A stretch of 64,000 bases of DNA from Candidatus Spongiisociaceae bacterium (GCA_965202665.1 OZ241841.1:1472001-1536000), one strand, 5' to 3'. Counted from the stretch's first letter, positions 9,019 through 19,017 are shown. Numbers and translations: made by a program. Notes: generated from the sequence alone by a model not told the origin.

Positions 9019-10197
9019 ATGCACAGCGCAGTAATAGTGGATGCGGTTAGAACGCCGGTCGGCAAGCGGGACGGCAAGCTGAAAGGGTTCCACCCGGTTG
9101 ATTTGGCCGCCAAGCCTTTGGCCGCCCTGGCGGAACGCAACGACTTGGACCCCGAACTGGTGGAAGACGTGATCATGGGATGCGTGATGCAGACCGGGGA
9201 GCAGAGCGTCAACGTGGGACGCAACGCCGCCCTGGCCGCTGGTTTTCCGGAGACGGTGGTGGGGACCACCGTGGACCGGCAGTGCGGCTCCGGCCAGCAG
9301 GCCGCCCATTTCGCCGCCCAGGGGGTGATGGCGGGGGCCTACCAGGTGGTGGTGGCGGCCGGGGTGGAATCCATGACCCGGGTGCCGATGGGGATCACCG
9401 CCTCCCAGGGGCCGGGCAAACCCTTCGGCCCGCTGATGAAAGAACGTTACGCGCAGGGGCTGGTGCCGCAGGGCATCTCCGCCGAGTTGATCGCCGAAAA
9501 GTGGGGCCTCGCCCGCCAGGCCTTGGACAAGATCGCCTGCGACTCCCATATGCGGGCGGCGCGGGCGACCGAAGAGGGCCGGTTTGAACGGGAGATTGTT
9601 CCGGTGACCATCACCTTGGAGGACGGCTCCTCGGAGGTGATGTCCAAAGACGAGGGGGTCCGCCCGGGGACCACCATGGAAATTCTGGCCGGCTTGCGTC
9701 CGGTGTTCAAACCGGACGGGGTGATAACCGCCGGCAACTCGTCGCAGATTTCCGATGGGGCGGCGGCCCTCCTGATCATGTCCGAGGAGCGCGCCGAAAG
9801 CCTGGGCTTGCAGCCGATGGCCCGCTTCGTCGGGTTCGCCATGGCCGGGGTGGACCCGGTCACCATGCTCACCGGTCCCATTCCGGCCACCTCCAAAGTT
9901 TTGGAGCGCACCGGCCTTTCCTCCGACGACATTGATCTGTTCGAAGTCAACGAAGCCTTCGCCTCGGTCATCGGGGCCTGGTTGGCCGAACACGGCGGAA
10001 CCGATCCGGACGGACTGTGGAAGCGCACCAACGTCAACGGGGGGGCCATTTCCATGGGTCATCCGCTGGGATGCTCGGGGGCCAAACTGACCACCACCCT
10101 GGTGCACGAAATGGAGCGCAGCGGGGCCCGCTACGGCCTGCAGACCATGTGCGAGGGGGGAGGCATGGCCAACGGGATGATCTTGGAGAGGATATAG
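9019..10197 (+). CDS. acetyl-CoA C-acyltransferase (thiolase)
   Basis: DRQCGSG, NEAFA, GHPLGCSG, MCEGGG. Confidence 0.93.
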   Translation: MHSAVIVDAVRTPVGKRDGKLKGFHPVDLAAKPLAALAERNDLDPELVEDVIMGCVMQTGEQSVNVGRNAALAAGFPETVVGTTVDRQCGSGQQAAHFAAQGVMAGAYQVVVAAGVESMTRVPMGITASQGPGKPFGPLMKERYAQGLVPQGISAELIAEKWGLARQALDKIACDSHMRAARATEEGRFEREIVPVTITLEDGSSEVMSKDEGVRPGTTMEILAGLRPVFKPDGVITAGNSSQISDGAAALLIMSEERAESLGLQPMARFVGFAMAGVDPVTMLTGPIPATSKVLERTGLSSDDIDLFEVNEAFASVIGAWLAEHGGTDPDGLWKRTNVNGGAISMGHPLGCSGAKLTTTLVHEMERSGARYGLQTMCEGGGMANGMILERI

Positions 10198-10243
10198 CCC
10201 GGGCCTGTTATCCGGGGTCCAAGCGGCGGGGGAGGGCCCCCGG

Positions 10244-10486
10244 ATGAACCCGTTGAACATTCTCATCGCGGTGGCGATCGGGGTGGTCATTTGGAAGTTG
10301 TCCATGCTGGTGTTGCGGGCGGTGGCCAACCCTCCGCCCGACTTGGACCCGGAAGACACGGTGAGCGCCCGCCGCCGGTTCCGATGTTCGGTGTGCGGGG
10401 CGGAGGTGATTATGACCGTCGCCAACCGGGCCGAACCGCAGTCCCCCCGCCACTGCCGGGAGGAAATGGACGAAAAACCGGCATAG
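10244..10486 (+). CDS. small membrane-anchored zinc-ribbon protein
   Basis: N-terminal TM helix, then CSVCG and RHCREEM (C3H ligand set). Confidence 0.7.
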   Translation: MNPLNILIAVAIGVVIWKLSMLVLRAVANPPPDLDPEDTVSARRRFRCSVCGAEVIMTVANRAEPQSPRHCREEMDEKPA

Positions 10487-10510
10487 CCCGCCCGGGGCGG
10501 TAGGGCGGGG

Positions 10511-10756
10511 TTAGTGGTAGTTGATGGTCATCAGGAAGCCCGCCCCCATCGTTCCCAGGCCTCCCAGCACCATCCATCCGGAAAGTTCGAAAACGTAGCG
10601 GACGACCACTAGCAACACGCCCCCCGCCATCAGGCCGAACATTATCGCCTGATAGAGCTTGGAAGACTCTTTGGCCCCTTTGCCGCCATGAGCGCTTTTG
10701 GGCGGCGTGGGCCGGCTGACCGTCTTGGACTTGCGGCGTCCTTTGGATTGAGGCAT
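10511..10756 (-). CDS. crgA: cell division protein CrgA
   Basis: Basic MPQSKGRRK start, two TM helices, GFLMTINYH end; syntenic with trpG and pknB. Confidence 0.8.
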   Translation of the reverse strand: MPQSKGRRKSKTVSRPTPPKSAHGGKGAKESSKLYQAIMFGLMAGGVLLVVVRYVFELSGWMVLGGLGTMGAGFLMTINYH

Positions 10757-10832
10757 GCCGCCATTCTACCGGCTCCCAACCGGGCGCGCGCCGTTTGGGC
10801 GGAACGGGGGCCGGGGCGGGTAGGCTGGGGGC

Positions 10833-11393
10833 ATGCGGGTCTTGGTGTTGGACAACTACGACAGCTTCACTTTCAACCTGGTTCAGTATCTGGGCGAGTT
10901 GGGGGCGGAGCCCACCGTGGTGCGCAACGACCAACTCGACTCCGAACAGGCGGCCCGTCTGGGCCCGGAGCGGCTGGTCGTCTCCCCCGGTCCCGGAACC
11001 CCGCAGGAGGCGGGGCATTCCATCGACTACATCCGGCGGTTCTCAAGCGAAATACCGGTGTTGGGGGTGTGCCTGGGACATCAGGCGATCGTGGCCGCCT
11101 TCGGGGGCCGCGTTGAGCGGGCCCCGCGGGTCATGCACGGCAAAACCTCCGCGGTGCGCCACGACGGAAGGGGGATTTTCACCGGCCTGCCCAATCCTTT
11201 CACCGCCACCCGTTACCATTCACTGGCCGCCGCCACCGTCCCCTCCGTTCTGGAAACCTGCGCTTGGAGCGAAGACGATGTCATCCAGGGGGTGCGCCAC
11301 GTTGATTTGCCGGTGCACGGGGTGCAGTTTCACCCGGAGAGCGTGCTGACCACCGAAGGGATGGACATGTTGCGCAACTTCCTGGAGGGATGA
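10833..11393 (+). CDS. trpG: aminodeoxychorismate/anthranilate synthase component II
   Basis: LDNYDSFTFNL, SPGPG, GVCLGHQ, RYHSL, QFHPES. Confidence 0.93.
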   Translation: MRVLVLDNYDSFTFNLVQYLGELGAEPTVVRNDQLDSEQAARLGPERLVVSPGPGTPQEAGHSIDYIRRFSSEIPVLGVCLGHQAIVAAFGGRVERAPRVMHGKTSAVRHDGRGIFTGLPNPFTATRYHSLAAATVPSVLETCAWSEDDVIQGVRHVDLPVHGVQFHPESVLTTEGMDMLRNFLEG

Positions 11394-11418
11394 CCGACTG
11401 AACTTCGGTTGCGGCCCG

Positions 11419-12279
11419 TCAGTTGTGGCCGTGCCGGTCGGGGCGGTGATGGATGTCGGACGGGTTCGGCTCCAAATGGATGGACCGTTCATGGGGATGG
11501 CCGGGGTCGGCTTGCCCGTGGTGGGAGTCGTCGAGGAGGTGATGCCCGGGGCCCACTTCCACCAGTTCCCGCTGGTAGGCGACGGCCAGGTTTTCCACCG
11601 TCAAAGCCCGATCGGGGGGGCCGGCGGCCACCACCCGCCCCGCCAGCAGGATTACGAAATCGGCCGCCCTGGCCTCGTCCAGATGATGGGTGGAGATCAC
11701 CACCGTGCGTCCCTGTTTTTTCTCCTGCCGTAACACTTCCCGGATGTCGTTAATGGAAGTTAAATCCAGGCCGGCCGCCGGTTCGTCCAACAACAACACG
11801 TCCAGCTGCGCGGCCAAGCCTTGGGCGAGGAGGGTGCGTTGCATTTCCCCCTCCGACAGGCGGGAGAAGGGCCGGCGGGCCAGATGGGTTACGCCGGTGC
11901 GCTCCATCGCCTCCGCCGCCGCCGCCCGGTCCCGGGCCCGGGCGGGCCGCATCATCATGCTTCCCGAATAGCGTCCCATCAGCACCACTTCCCGCACCGT
12001 CAACGGCAAGGATTCGTTAACTTTGGCGTTCTGCAGCACATAGGCCGCCCGTCGCCGTCCCACCGCTTTGGTATGGACGGTCACCGTTCCCGAATGGGGG
12101 GGAATCAGCCCGGCGATGCCGTTCAGCAAGGTGCTTTTGCCGGCCCCGTTGGGCCCCAGCAGGGCGGTGGCGGACCCCCGGGGTATGTCCACCGACACTT
12201 CCCGCAGGGCGGTGATCGGGCCGTATCGGAATTCGGCCCCGGCGATGGTGATGGCCGCCTCCGGGGACGGGGAGCTCAT
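11419..12279 (-). CDS. metal (Zn/Mn) ABC transporter ATP-binding protein with His-rich tail
   Basis: GPNGAGKST, LPLTVREVVLMGRY, LLLDEP, STHHL, His-rich C-terminus. Confidence 0.82.
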   Translation of the reverse strand: MSSPSPEAAITIAGAEFRYGPITALREVSVDIPRGSATALLGPNGAGKSTLLNGIAGLIPPHSGTVTVHTKAVGRRRAAYVLQNAKVNESLPLTVREVVLMGRYSGSMMMRPARARDRAAAAEAMERTGVTHLARRPFSRLSEGEMQRTLLAQGLAAQLDVLLLDEPAAGLDLTSINDIREVLRQEKKQGRTVVISTHHLDEARAADFVILLAGRVVAAGPPDRALTVENLAVAYQRELVEVGPGHHLLDDSHHGQADPGHPHERSIHLEPNPSDIHHRPDRHGHN

Positions 12280-14471
12280 TGCCCGTCCCCGGAGGCGCCC
12301 TCCCCGGCCGGCTCATCGGAGGAATCCTCTTCCGGTTCTTCGTACGTCCCCAAAGACACGGTCACCACCTGGCCGCGGGCGGCTTCCGTATCCGGGCCGG
12401 GGTTCTGCTCCACCACCGTGTCGGCCAAAGCAACGTCGGTCACCGGGGACGTCCCCACCGCTTCTATGCCCAGCCCCAGCAACTCCAGCTGTTCGGCCGC
12501 TTCCTGCAATGTCAGACCCGTCAACTCCGGCACGTTGACGATGGCGGGGCCGATCGACTCCACCAACGTCACCCTCCCGCCCAAGGCCACCTCCGATTCG
12601 GCGGGCGGGTCGGTGCGTATAACCTGTCCGGCCCCCGCCTCGGGATGATTTTCCCGCACCACTTCCACCATCAAACCCAACTCTTCCAAGACGGCCGCCG
12701 CCTGCTCGGCCGCGCTGTCGGCCAAGTCGGGAACCACCACCGTGTTCCGGCCCTGCGAGACCGTGATTTCCACTTGCGAGCCGGGCGCGGCTTCGGAGTC
12801 GGCGGCCGGGTTCTGCGCCGACACCAGGCCCTCCTCCACCTGGTCGGAGGTTTCCCGGCGGATATCCACTTCGAAACCCTGGCCTTCCAAAAGGCCGACG
12901 GCCCGCTCTTCGCTCATCCCGAACACCGACGGCACCACCGCCGGCACCGGGCCGATGGAAACGGTGAGGGTGATGACCGACCCCGGCGGAGCGTCTTCCC
13001 CGGCGGCCGGGGACTGGGCGATCACCTCCCCCACCCCCGCTTCGGAGTTGGCCGCCTCCACCGCCATGGCGAACCCTTGGCCGCGCAGTTGGGCGGCGGC
13101 CCTTTGCTGGGTGGAGCCGACCACGTTGGGCACCGCCACCAGGTCGGGACCGGCCGACACCACGATGGACACCACCGCCCCCTCCTCCGTTTCCAGCCCG
13201 GTGCGGGGTTCGGTGCGGATAACCAGGCCGGCCCCCACCGTTTCGCTGGTTTCCGCCACCGGGGTCACCCGGAATCCGTCTTCCTGCAACCGCTGACGGG
13301 CTTCTTCCTCGGTCAGGCCGGCCACGTCCGGCACCCGCAGGGAAACGGCCGGAGGCGGGACGGTGGCGGCGGGCGGGGCTTCGTTGGACAGGTTGTTGAG
13401 CAGAAAGTAGATGCCGAACACCAGGGCGGCCGCCACCGTCACCGAGCCGATGATGGCCGGCAGGTTGGCGGAGCGGCGCCGGGGCGGGGACATGCGGCGG
13501 TAGGCCTCCTCCGGGGAGACGGTGGGAGGGGGCAGGTCGGTGTAGGAGCGGCGGGAGGCGTTGTCCGCCCCCGGTTCCAACACCCGGGAGGGGGCCTCGG
13601 CGGAGTTTGGCTCGGCCGAGGAAGGGGGGGCGGCTACCGGGGCCGGTTCCCCCCGCAGGAAAAACAGCAAATCCCGCCGGATCTCATCCGCCGACTGGTA
13701 ACGATCGGCGGGGGTTTTCTGCAAGGCTTTGCCCACGATGGCGTCCAGCTCCGCCGGAACGTCCGGGTTGATGAGGCTGGGGGCGGGCGGTTCGGTCGCC
13801 ACATGCTGGTAAGCCACCGAAACCGGCGTTTCGCCGCTGAAGGGGGGGCGTCCGGTCAGCATCTCGTAGAGCACCACCCCCAGGCTGTAAATGTCCGACC
13901 GGCCGTCCGCCGATTCGCCCCGGGCCTGCTCCGGGCTGAAATAGGTGGCGGTTCCGATCACCGAACCGGTGCGGGTCAGTTCCTGCGAGTCGTCCCAAGC
14001 CCGGGCCACCCCGAAGTCGGTCACTTTCACCGTTCCGTCCGTCGCCAGCAAAATGTTGCCCGGCTTGTTGTCCCGGTGGATCACCCGGTTGCGATGGGCC
14101 ACTTCCAGGGCGGAGGCAACTTCCACCGCGATTTCCGCCGCCCGCCGGGGGAGCAGCAAACCCTCCTTTTTGAGAATTTCCCGCAACGACCGGCCCCGGA
14201 TTAATTCCATCACGATGAAATAGGTCCCGTCGTCCTCCCCCCAGTCGTAGATGGACACGATGTTGGGATGGGCCAGGTTGGCGGCCGCTTGCGCCTCCTT
14301 GCGGAACCGGGCCACGAAGGTTTCGGTGGAGGCGAACTGGGGATGGAGGATTTTCACCGCCACCTGCCGGTCCAGCATCAGGTCGCTGGCTTCGAACACA
14401 TCGGCCATGCCGCCCCGGGCGACGTGCGCCGTCAGTTGATAGCGGCCTGCCAATGCTTGTGACGTTTCCAT
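12276..14471 (-). CDS. pknB: Stk1/PknB family PASTA-domain Ser/Thr protein kinase
   Basis: GGMADV, VAVK, HRDNKPGN, TDFG, GTATYFSPEQ, TM helix, five PASTA repeats. Confidence 0.93.
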   Translation of the reverse strand: METSQALAGRYQLTAHVARGGMADVFEASDLMLDRQVAVKILHPQFASTETFVARFRKEAQAAANLAHPNIVSIYDWGEDDGTYFIVMELIRGRSLREILKKEGLLLPRRAAEIAVEVASALEVAHRNRVIHRDNKPGNILLATDGTVKVTDFGVARAWDDSQELTRTGSVIGTATYFSPEQARGESADGRSDIYSLGVVLYEMLTGRPPFSGETPVSVAYQHVATEPPAPSLINPDVPAELDAIVGKALQKTPADRYQSADEIRRDLLFFLRGEPAPVAAPPSSAEPNSAEAPSRVLEPGADNASRRSYTDLPPPTVSPEEAYRRMSPPRRRSANLPAIIGSVTVAAALVFGIYFLLNNLSNEAPPAATVPPPAVSLRVPDVAGLTEEEARQRLQEDGFRVTPVAETSETVGAGLVIRTEPRTGLETEEGAVVSIVVSAGPDLVAVPNVVGSTQQRAAAQLRGQGFAMAVEAANSEAGVGEVIAQSPAAGEDAPPGSVITLTVSIGPVPAVVPSVFGMSEERAVGLLEGQGFEVDIRRETSDQVEEGLVSAQNPAADSEAAPGSQVEITVSQGRNTVVVPDLADSAAEQAAAVLEELGLMVEVVRENHPEAGAGQVIRTDPPAESEVALGGRVTLVESIGPAIVNVPELTGLTLQEAAEQLELLGLGIEAVGTSPVTDVALADTVVEQNPGPDTEAARGQVVTVSLGTYEEPEEDSSDEPAGEGASGDGQ

Positions 14472-14552
14472 CTGAATGCTCCAAAATCTAGTGAGCGCGG
14501 GCGGTTATCGGGGACATCTCCCGCGCTTGCCGCCGCCGTCGGCCACGGATGC

Positions 14553-15968
14553 TCAACCGGCCCGCCCCCGCAACCAGAATTCCATCAGTTGGGCGGCGAT
14601 GGGGGCGGCCGCCGAACCGCCCGGGGAGCCTTCTTCGCCGCCCGCCTCCACCACCACCGCCACCGCTATCTCCGGATAATCAGCCGGGGCGAACCCGATG
14701 AACCAGGAGACCGGCCCCCCGTCCGGAGCGGAGGCCGTACCGGTTTTGCCCGCCACCCGCACCCCCGGAATGCGGGCCCGTACTCCGCCGCCCCGGGCCA
14801 CCGCCCGCTCCATCATCGCCGTCAGGGCCAAGGCGGAATCCAACCGCAACGGCTCTGAAAAAACCCGGGGGGCGAACTGGAAAGCGATCTCGCCGCCGGC
14901 GTCGAATATGCGGGCCACCAGTTGCGGTTCCATCAACTTCCCCTCGTTGGCCGTCGCCGCCGCTACCAGGGCCATCTGCAGGGCGGTGGCCCGCACTCCC
15001 CGTTGCCCGAGGGCTGTCTGCGCCGTCGCGGCCGGGTCGCCCGCCGCCGGGAGGGTGGAAGGAAGCAGGGGAATGTCCAAAGGCAGGGGACGGTTGAAAC
15101 CGAAACGCTCGGCCGTTTCCGCCAACGCCTCCCCCCCGGCGTCCGCCGCCAGTTGCGCCAGGGTCTCGTCGCACGACCATATAAAAGCCTCCTCCAAGGT
15201 GATAAGATTCCGCTCCGCCGGGCCGCACTCCGCTTCCCCTCCGGGCGGGGAACGGGCGGGCAGCAACGAGTCGGGGCGGGCCGTCTCCCGTTCCAAGGCC
15301 AAGGCCGCGGCCAGCACCGTGAAGACGGAACCGGGCGGGTAGGTTGCGCCCGTCGCCCGGTTTACCAGGGGCCGGGCCGGATCCGCCGACAGTTCCCCCC
15401 AGGCGGCGTCCGCCCCGGGCCCGACGACGGCGTTGGCGTCGAACCGGGGGGAGGAGGCCAAAGCCAGCACCGCCCCGGTGCGCGGGTCCAAGGCCGCCGC
15501 CGCCCCCGTCCGCCCGCCCAGGGCGCTGGCCGCCGCCCGGGTCAGGCCGTGGTGGAGGGTGAGTTGCAGGGAGCGGGCCCGCGTATCCTGGCCCAACAGG
15601 GCGTTCAGGGCCCCGGAGACGGTGAAATCCCGCCCCGAGGCCAACTGACCGGCGTAGGACTCTTCCAGCCCGTAGTCGCCGAACAAGGAGGAAAACCCCA
15701 CCGTGTGCGCGTACAGGTCGTCTTGCGGGTAGCGGCGGCGGAACCGGCGCGATTCATCGGGTTCCCTGACCGAATGGGCCAAGATCAGCCCTTCGGAGGA
15801 GCTGATCGACCCCCGTTGCCGGCCGGTGCGGGCGAGCAGGGCCCGGTCGTTGCGGGGGTCGTCCCGCAGACGGTCGGCGGCGAACACCTGCCAATAGGTG
15901 GCGGTAGCCGCCAATGCCAGGAAGGCGGCCAGCAAAACCAGGGCGGCCCGCCGAATCGGCCCGTTCAT
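14553..15968 (-). CDS. pbpA: penicillin-binding protein A (class B PBP) with atypical active site
   Basis: PLVNRAT, YPPGSVFT (SxxK position), SCD, GKTGTA, WFIGFAP; downstream of rodA. Confidence 0.85.
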   Translation of the reverse strand: MNGPIRRAALVLLAAFLALAATATYWQVFAADRLRDDPRNDRALLARTGRQRGSISSSEGLILAHSVREPDESRRFRRRYPQDDLYAHTVGFSSLFGDYGLEESYAGQLASGRDFTVSGALNALLGQDTRARSLQLTLHHGLTRAAASALGGRTGAAAALDPRTGAVLALASSPRFDANAVVGPGADAAWGELSADPARPLVNRATGATYPPGSVFTVLAAALALERETARPDSLLPARSPPGGEAECGPAERNLITLEEAFIWSCDETLAQLAADAGGEALAETAERFGFNRPLPLDIPLLPSTLPAAGDPAATAQTALGQRGVRATALQMALVAAATANEGKLMEPQLVARIFDAGGEIAFQFAPRVFSEPLRLDSALALTAMMERAVARGGGVRARIPGVRVAGKTGTASAPDGGPVSWFIGFAPADYPEIAVAVVVEAGGEEGSPGGSAAAPIAAQLMEFWLRGRAG

Positions 15969-17245
15969 GTCCGCTCCTCATGGCTGATGCGGATCAGCAG
16001 GGCGATGAGCAGGAAGTTGGCCAGCAGGGAAGCCCCGCCGTAGGACATGAACGGGGCGGGGAGGGCGGTGGCCGGCGCCAGGCGCAACACTCCGGCCAGG
16101 GACAGGAACGCCTGCAGCCCCAGGCCCAGGGACAGGCCGGCGGCCAGCATTTTGCGGAACAGGTCGCGGGCCCGCAGGGCGATGCCGAATCCGCCCGCCG
16201 TTAGCAGGCCGAAAGCGGCGATTATCACCATCGTGCCCGCCAAGCCGGTTTCCTCGGCCAGGGCCGCGAACACGTAATCGGTCGCCGCGGCCGGAATCAG
16301 ATCAGGCCGGCCCAACCCCAGGCCCGCCCCCGACAGGCTCCCCTCCCCCAAAGCGAACATCCCCTGCGCCGTCTGGTAGCCGCTCCCGGCGAAGTCGGCC
16401 CACGGGTTCAGCCAGCCGTCGATCCGCATCCGGAAACGGGGAAGGGTGAAATAGAACAGAACCGCCCCCAGTCCGAACAGGCCGGCCCCCGCCGCCGGGT
16501 AGAACGGCCGGTCGGCGGCCATGTACAGCATGAGGGCGAAAATCGCCAGCAACAGGGCGGCCGCCCCCGCGTCCCGCCAGAAGGCCAGCAGGCCGACCGC
16601 GGCCGCCCCTCCCGCCGCGGCCAGCCCCGCCGGAAGGGGTTGGGGGAGGCCCCGCCGCCCGCCTCCGGCCAGCAAAGTCTGGTTTTCCGCCAACCAGGTG
16701 GCCAAAAAGACCACCAGCAAAAGTTTGGCTATCTCCCCCGGTTGGAAACGGGCGGTCAGTCCGGCGTTCCATTCCACCCACAGCCGGGAGCCGTTCACCT
16801 CCCGGCCTTGCAAAGGCAACGGTCCCCCGGCGGGCAACAGGGGAGCGGCCCAGGCCGCCAGCGCCGCCGCCGCCAACGGCCAGCGATAGCGGCGCAGTAT
16901 GCGCAGGCCGCCCGACTGCAGGGCGTAAAGGAGAAGGCAAGCCCCCCCCGCTCCGATCAGCAGCCACCAGCGCTGCAGGGCCGCCAAGTCCCGGTCCAGG
17001 CGGTACACCAGCACGAACCCGACCGCGGCCAGGGTGGCCGCCAGCGGAACCAGAAAAGCGACCGTCGCCGGGGCCCAGAGCCGAACCGCCGCCAGCAGGC
17101 TTCCGAAGGCGATGGCGAACACCAGAAAAGCCAGGGCGGTTTGGGCGTCTATTCCCCCTCCGTTCGCAAAATTGACCAGGGCCGTCCCGAAGCCGGCCAA
17201 GCCGGCGGCGGCCGCCGTCAGAACCGTTTCCGCCAGCCGGTTCAC
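15965..17245 (-). CDS. rodA: FtsW/RodA/SpoVE family cell cycle protein
   Basis: NGSRLW, FQPGEIAK, GYQ, TDYVF, PFMSYGGASL; GTG start overlaps the pstP stop. Confidence 0.9.
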   Translation of the reverse strand: MNRLAETVLTAAAAGLAGFGTALVNFANGGGIDAQTALAFLVFAIAFGSLLAAVRLWAPATVAFLVPLAATLAAVGFVLVYRLDRDLAALQRWWLLIGAGGACLLLYALQSGGLRILRRYRWPLAAAALAAWAAPLLPAGGPLPLQGREVNGSRLWVEWNAGLTARFQPGEIAKLLLVVFLATWLAENQTLLAGGGRRGLPQPLPAGLAAAGGAAAVGLLAFWRDAGAAALLLAIFALMLYMAADRPFYPAAGAGLFGLGAVLFYFTLPRFRMRIDGWLNPWADFAGSGYQTAQGMFALGEGSLSGAGLGLGRPDLIPAAATDYVFAALAEETGLAGTMVIIAAFGLLTAGGFGIALRARDLFRKMLAAGLSLGLGLQAFLSLAGVLRLAPATALPAPFMSYGGASLLANFLLIALLIRISHEERT

Positions 17246-17949
17246 GCGTTTACGGAAACGACCACCGCCGACACGTTGTCGCGCCCCCCGGCCTGGTTGG
17301 CGGCCCCCACCAGGCTCCACACCGCCTCCGAAGGCGGGCCCTCCGCCAACAACAGGGCGATTTCGTCTTCGGGGAGCATCCGGCTCAGTCCGTCCGAACA
17401 GATCAACAGGCGGTCATCGGGTTGCAGGCGGGCCCGGTGGATGTCCACGTCCACGGTGCGGGACATTCCCAAAACCCGCAGCAGATGGGCCCGGTAGGGG
17501 TGGCGGCGGGCCTCCTCTTTGGTGAGTCGGCCGGCCCGTATCTCCTGCCTGACGAAGGTGTGGTCAATGGTCAGTTGCATCAGGCCCCTTTTGCGCAGCA
17601 GGTAGGCCCGGCTGTCCCCCACATGCCCGATGGTCAGTCTGCCGTTGGGGTTGAGGTCGGCCAGGGTGAGAGTGGTGCCTATTCCCGCCAAACGGGGGGT
17701 TTGGTAAACCAGGTTGAGGACGGCGTCGTTGGCCGCCCGGATGCGCCGCGTCGGTTTCCCGCCCGCGGCCACCGCCGCCCGCATGGCCTCCCGGCTGGCG
17801 ATTTCCCCTCCTTCGGGGATGCTCATCCCGTCCGCCACCGCCGCAATTAGCCGTTGCGAGGTGCGGCCGTCCGCTTCCGGATGGACGCTGTCCTGGTTGA
17901 CATTGCGCACCATTCCGATGTGGGTGGCGCTGGCCCAGACGAAATTCAC
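17242..17949 (-). CDS. pstP: PP2C-family Ser/Thr phosphatase (soluble domain only)
   Basis: RNVNQD, VADGM, GTTLT, HVGDSRAY, CSDGL, GGRDN. Confidence 0.88.
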   Translation of the reverse strand: MNFVWASATHIGMVRNVNQDSVHPEADGRTSQRLIAAVADGMSIPEGGEIASREAMRAAVAAGGKPTRRIRAANDAVLNLVYQTPRLAGIGTTLTLADLNPNGRLTIGHVGDSRAYLLRKRGLMQLTIDHTFVRQEIRAGRLTKEEARRHPYRAHLLRVLGMSRTVDVDIHRARLQPDDRLLICSDGLSRMLPEDEIALLLAEGPPSEAVWSLVGAANQAGGRDNVSAVVVSVNA

Positions 17950-18359
17950 GTGACTTCCAACACGGTGGTCCCGATCTGCACCGAATCCCCCTGGTTCAGC
18001 TCCTGGGGGGCGATCACCCTCCGGCCGTTGACGTAGGTGCCGTTGGCGCTCCCCAGATCCAGCAGGGACAAAGCCCCCGATTGGTTGGTGATACGGATGT
18101 GGAAGTCGGAGGCGTAGGGGTCGTCGATCACCAGGTCGGCCCCGTCGTTGCGTCCCACCACCACCGAATCCCGCACTTCCACCGACTCCCCGGCGCGGTT
18201 TTCACTGCGCACCACGGTTAGCCCCGCTCCCGCCCGGGCCCGGGTACGGGAATAGCCGGTTCCCACTTGGGCGACCGCCGACTTGGCGATCTGCCAGACG
18301 AAAAGATAGATGTAGGCCACGAAAATAATCTTGAGGGCCACCAAGATGATTACCGGCAT
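17946..18359 (-). CDS. fhaB: FHA domain protein FhaB/FipA
   Basis: N-terminal TM helix; FHA motifs VGR, ASDFH, SANGTYVNG. Confidence 0.82.
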   Translation of the reverse strand: MPVIILVALKIIFVAYIYLFVWQIAKSAVAQVGTGYSRTRARAGAGLTVVRSENRAGESVEVRDSVVVGRNDGADLVIDDPYASDFHIRITNQSGALSLLDLGSANGTYVNGRRVIAPQELNQGDSVQIGTTVLEVT

Positions 18360-18363
18360 CGGA

Positions 18364-19017
18364 TCACCGCCTTTCCAGCCGGTATTCAAGGGCCCCGAAA
18401 GATATTTTCCCGCCGGGGGGGATTTCGGCCCGGCCGGTTATCCGCAGGCCGTCCACGAAGGTCCCGTCCGCCGAAGCCCGATCCTCGGCCCAGACCCCTC
18501 CTCCCTCCTGCCAGAGCAGGGCGTGGTCGTTGCTTACCGAAGGATGGTCGATGGCCAGGTCGGCCCCGCCGCCGCGTCCGATCAGGCAACGGTTGACGGT
18601 GAGCGGCAGCTGCCGGTCCGCTCGGCGGAGGACGGCCCACGGCGGCCGCCGCCCCGGACGGATAGCGGATTCCACCTTGACGGTTTCCGGGGCCAGGGAC
18701 GGGTCGGTTTCCATCCGCACCCGGGCCGGACCGGCCAGCCGCCATCCCCTTTCCCGGGCCGTTTCCTCCACCGCCTGCTCCAAGGCCCGGGTTACCGCCC
18801 GCGTTACGGGGAGGGAGGGCGGGGCGGCCGCGGGCAGGCGCACTGCGAACCGGTTGGGGGCGAGGGGTCCGGTGGGTCCCGGGCGGCAGGCCAAGCCGGA
18901 TTCCCGCGTAAGGAGGGCCGCTATCTCGGCGGGGTGGACCGCGCCCGGCAAGACCCGTCCGTCCGCCCCCGCTCCCAGCTGTTGCAACCGGCTTTCAAGG
19001 TCCCGCGCCAAACTCAC
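18364..19017 (-). CDS. fhaA: FhaA-like protein (DUF3662 + FHA)
   Basis: VHPAEIA and LAPNRF in the N-domain; FHA motifs IGR, VSNDH, DGTFVDG; synteny. Confidence 0.78.
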   Translation of the reverse strand: MSLARDLESRLQQLGAGADGRVLPGAVHPAEIAALLTRESGLACRPGPTGPLAPNRFAVRLPAAAPPSLPVTRAVTRALEQAVEETARERGWRLAGPARVRMETDPSLAPETVKVESAIRPGRRPPWAVLRRADRQLPLTVNRCLIGRGGGADLAIDHPSVSNDHALLWQEGGGVWAEDRASADGTFVDGLRITGRAEIPPGGKISFGALEYRLERR

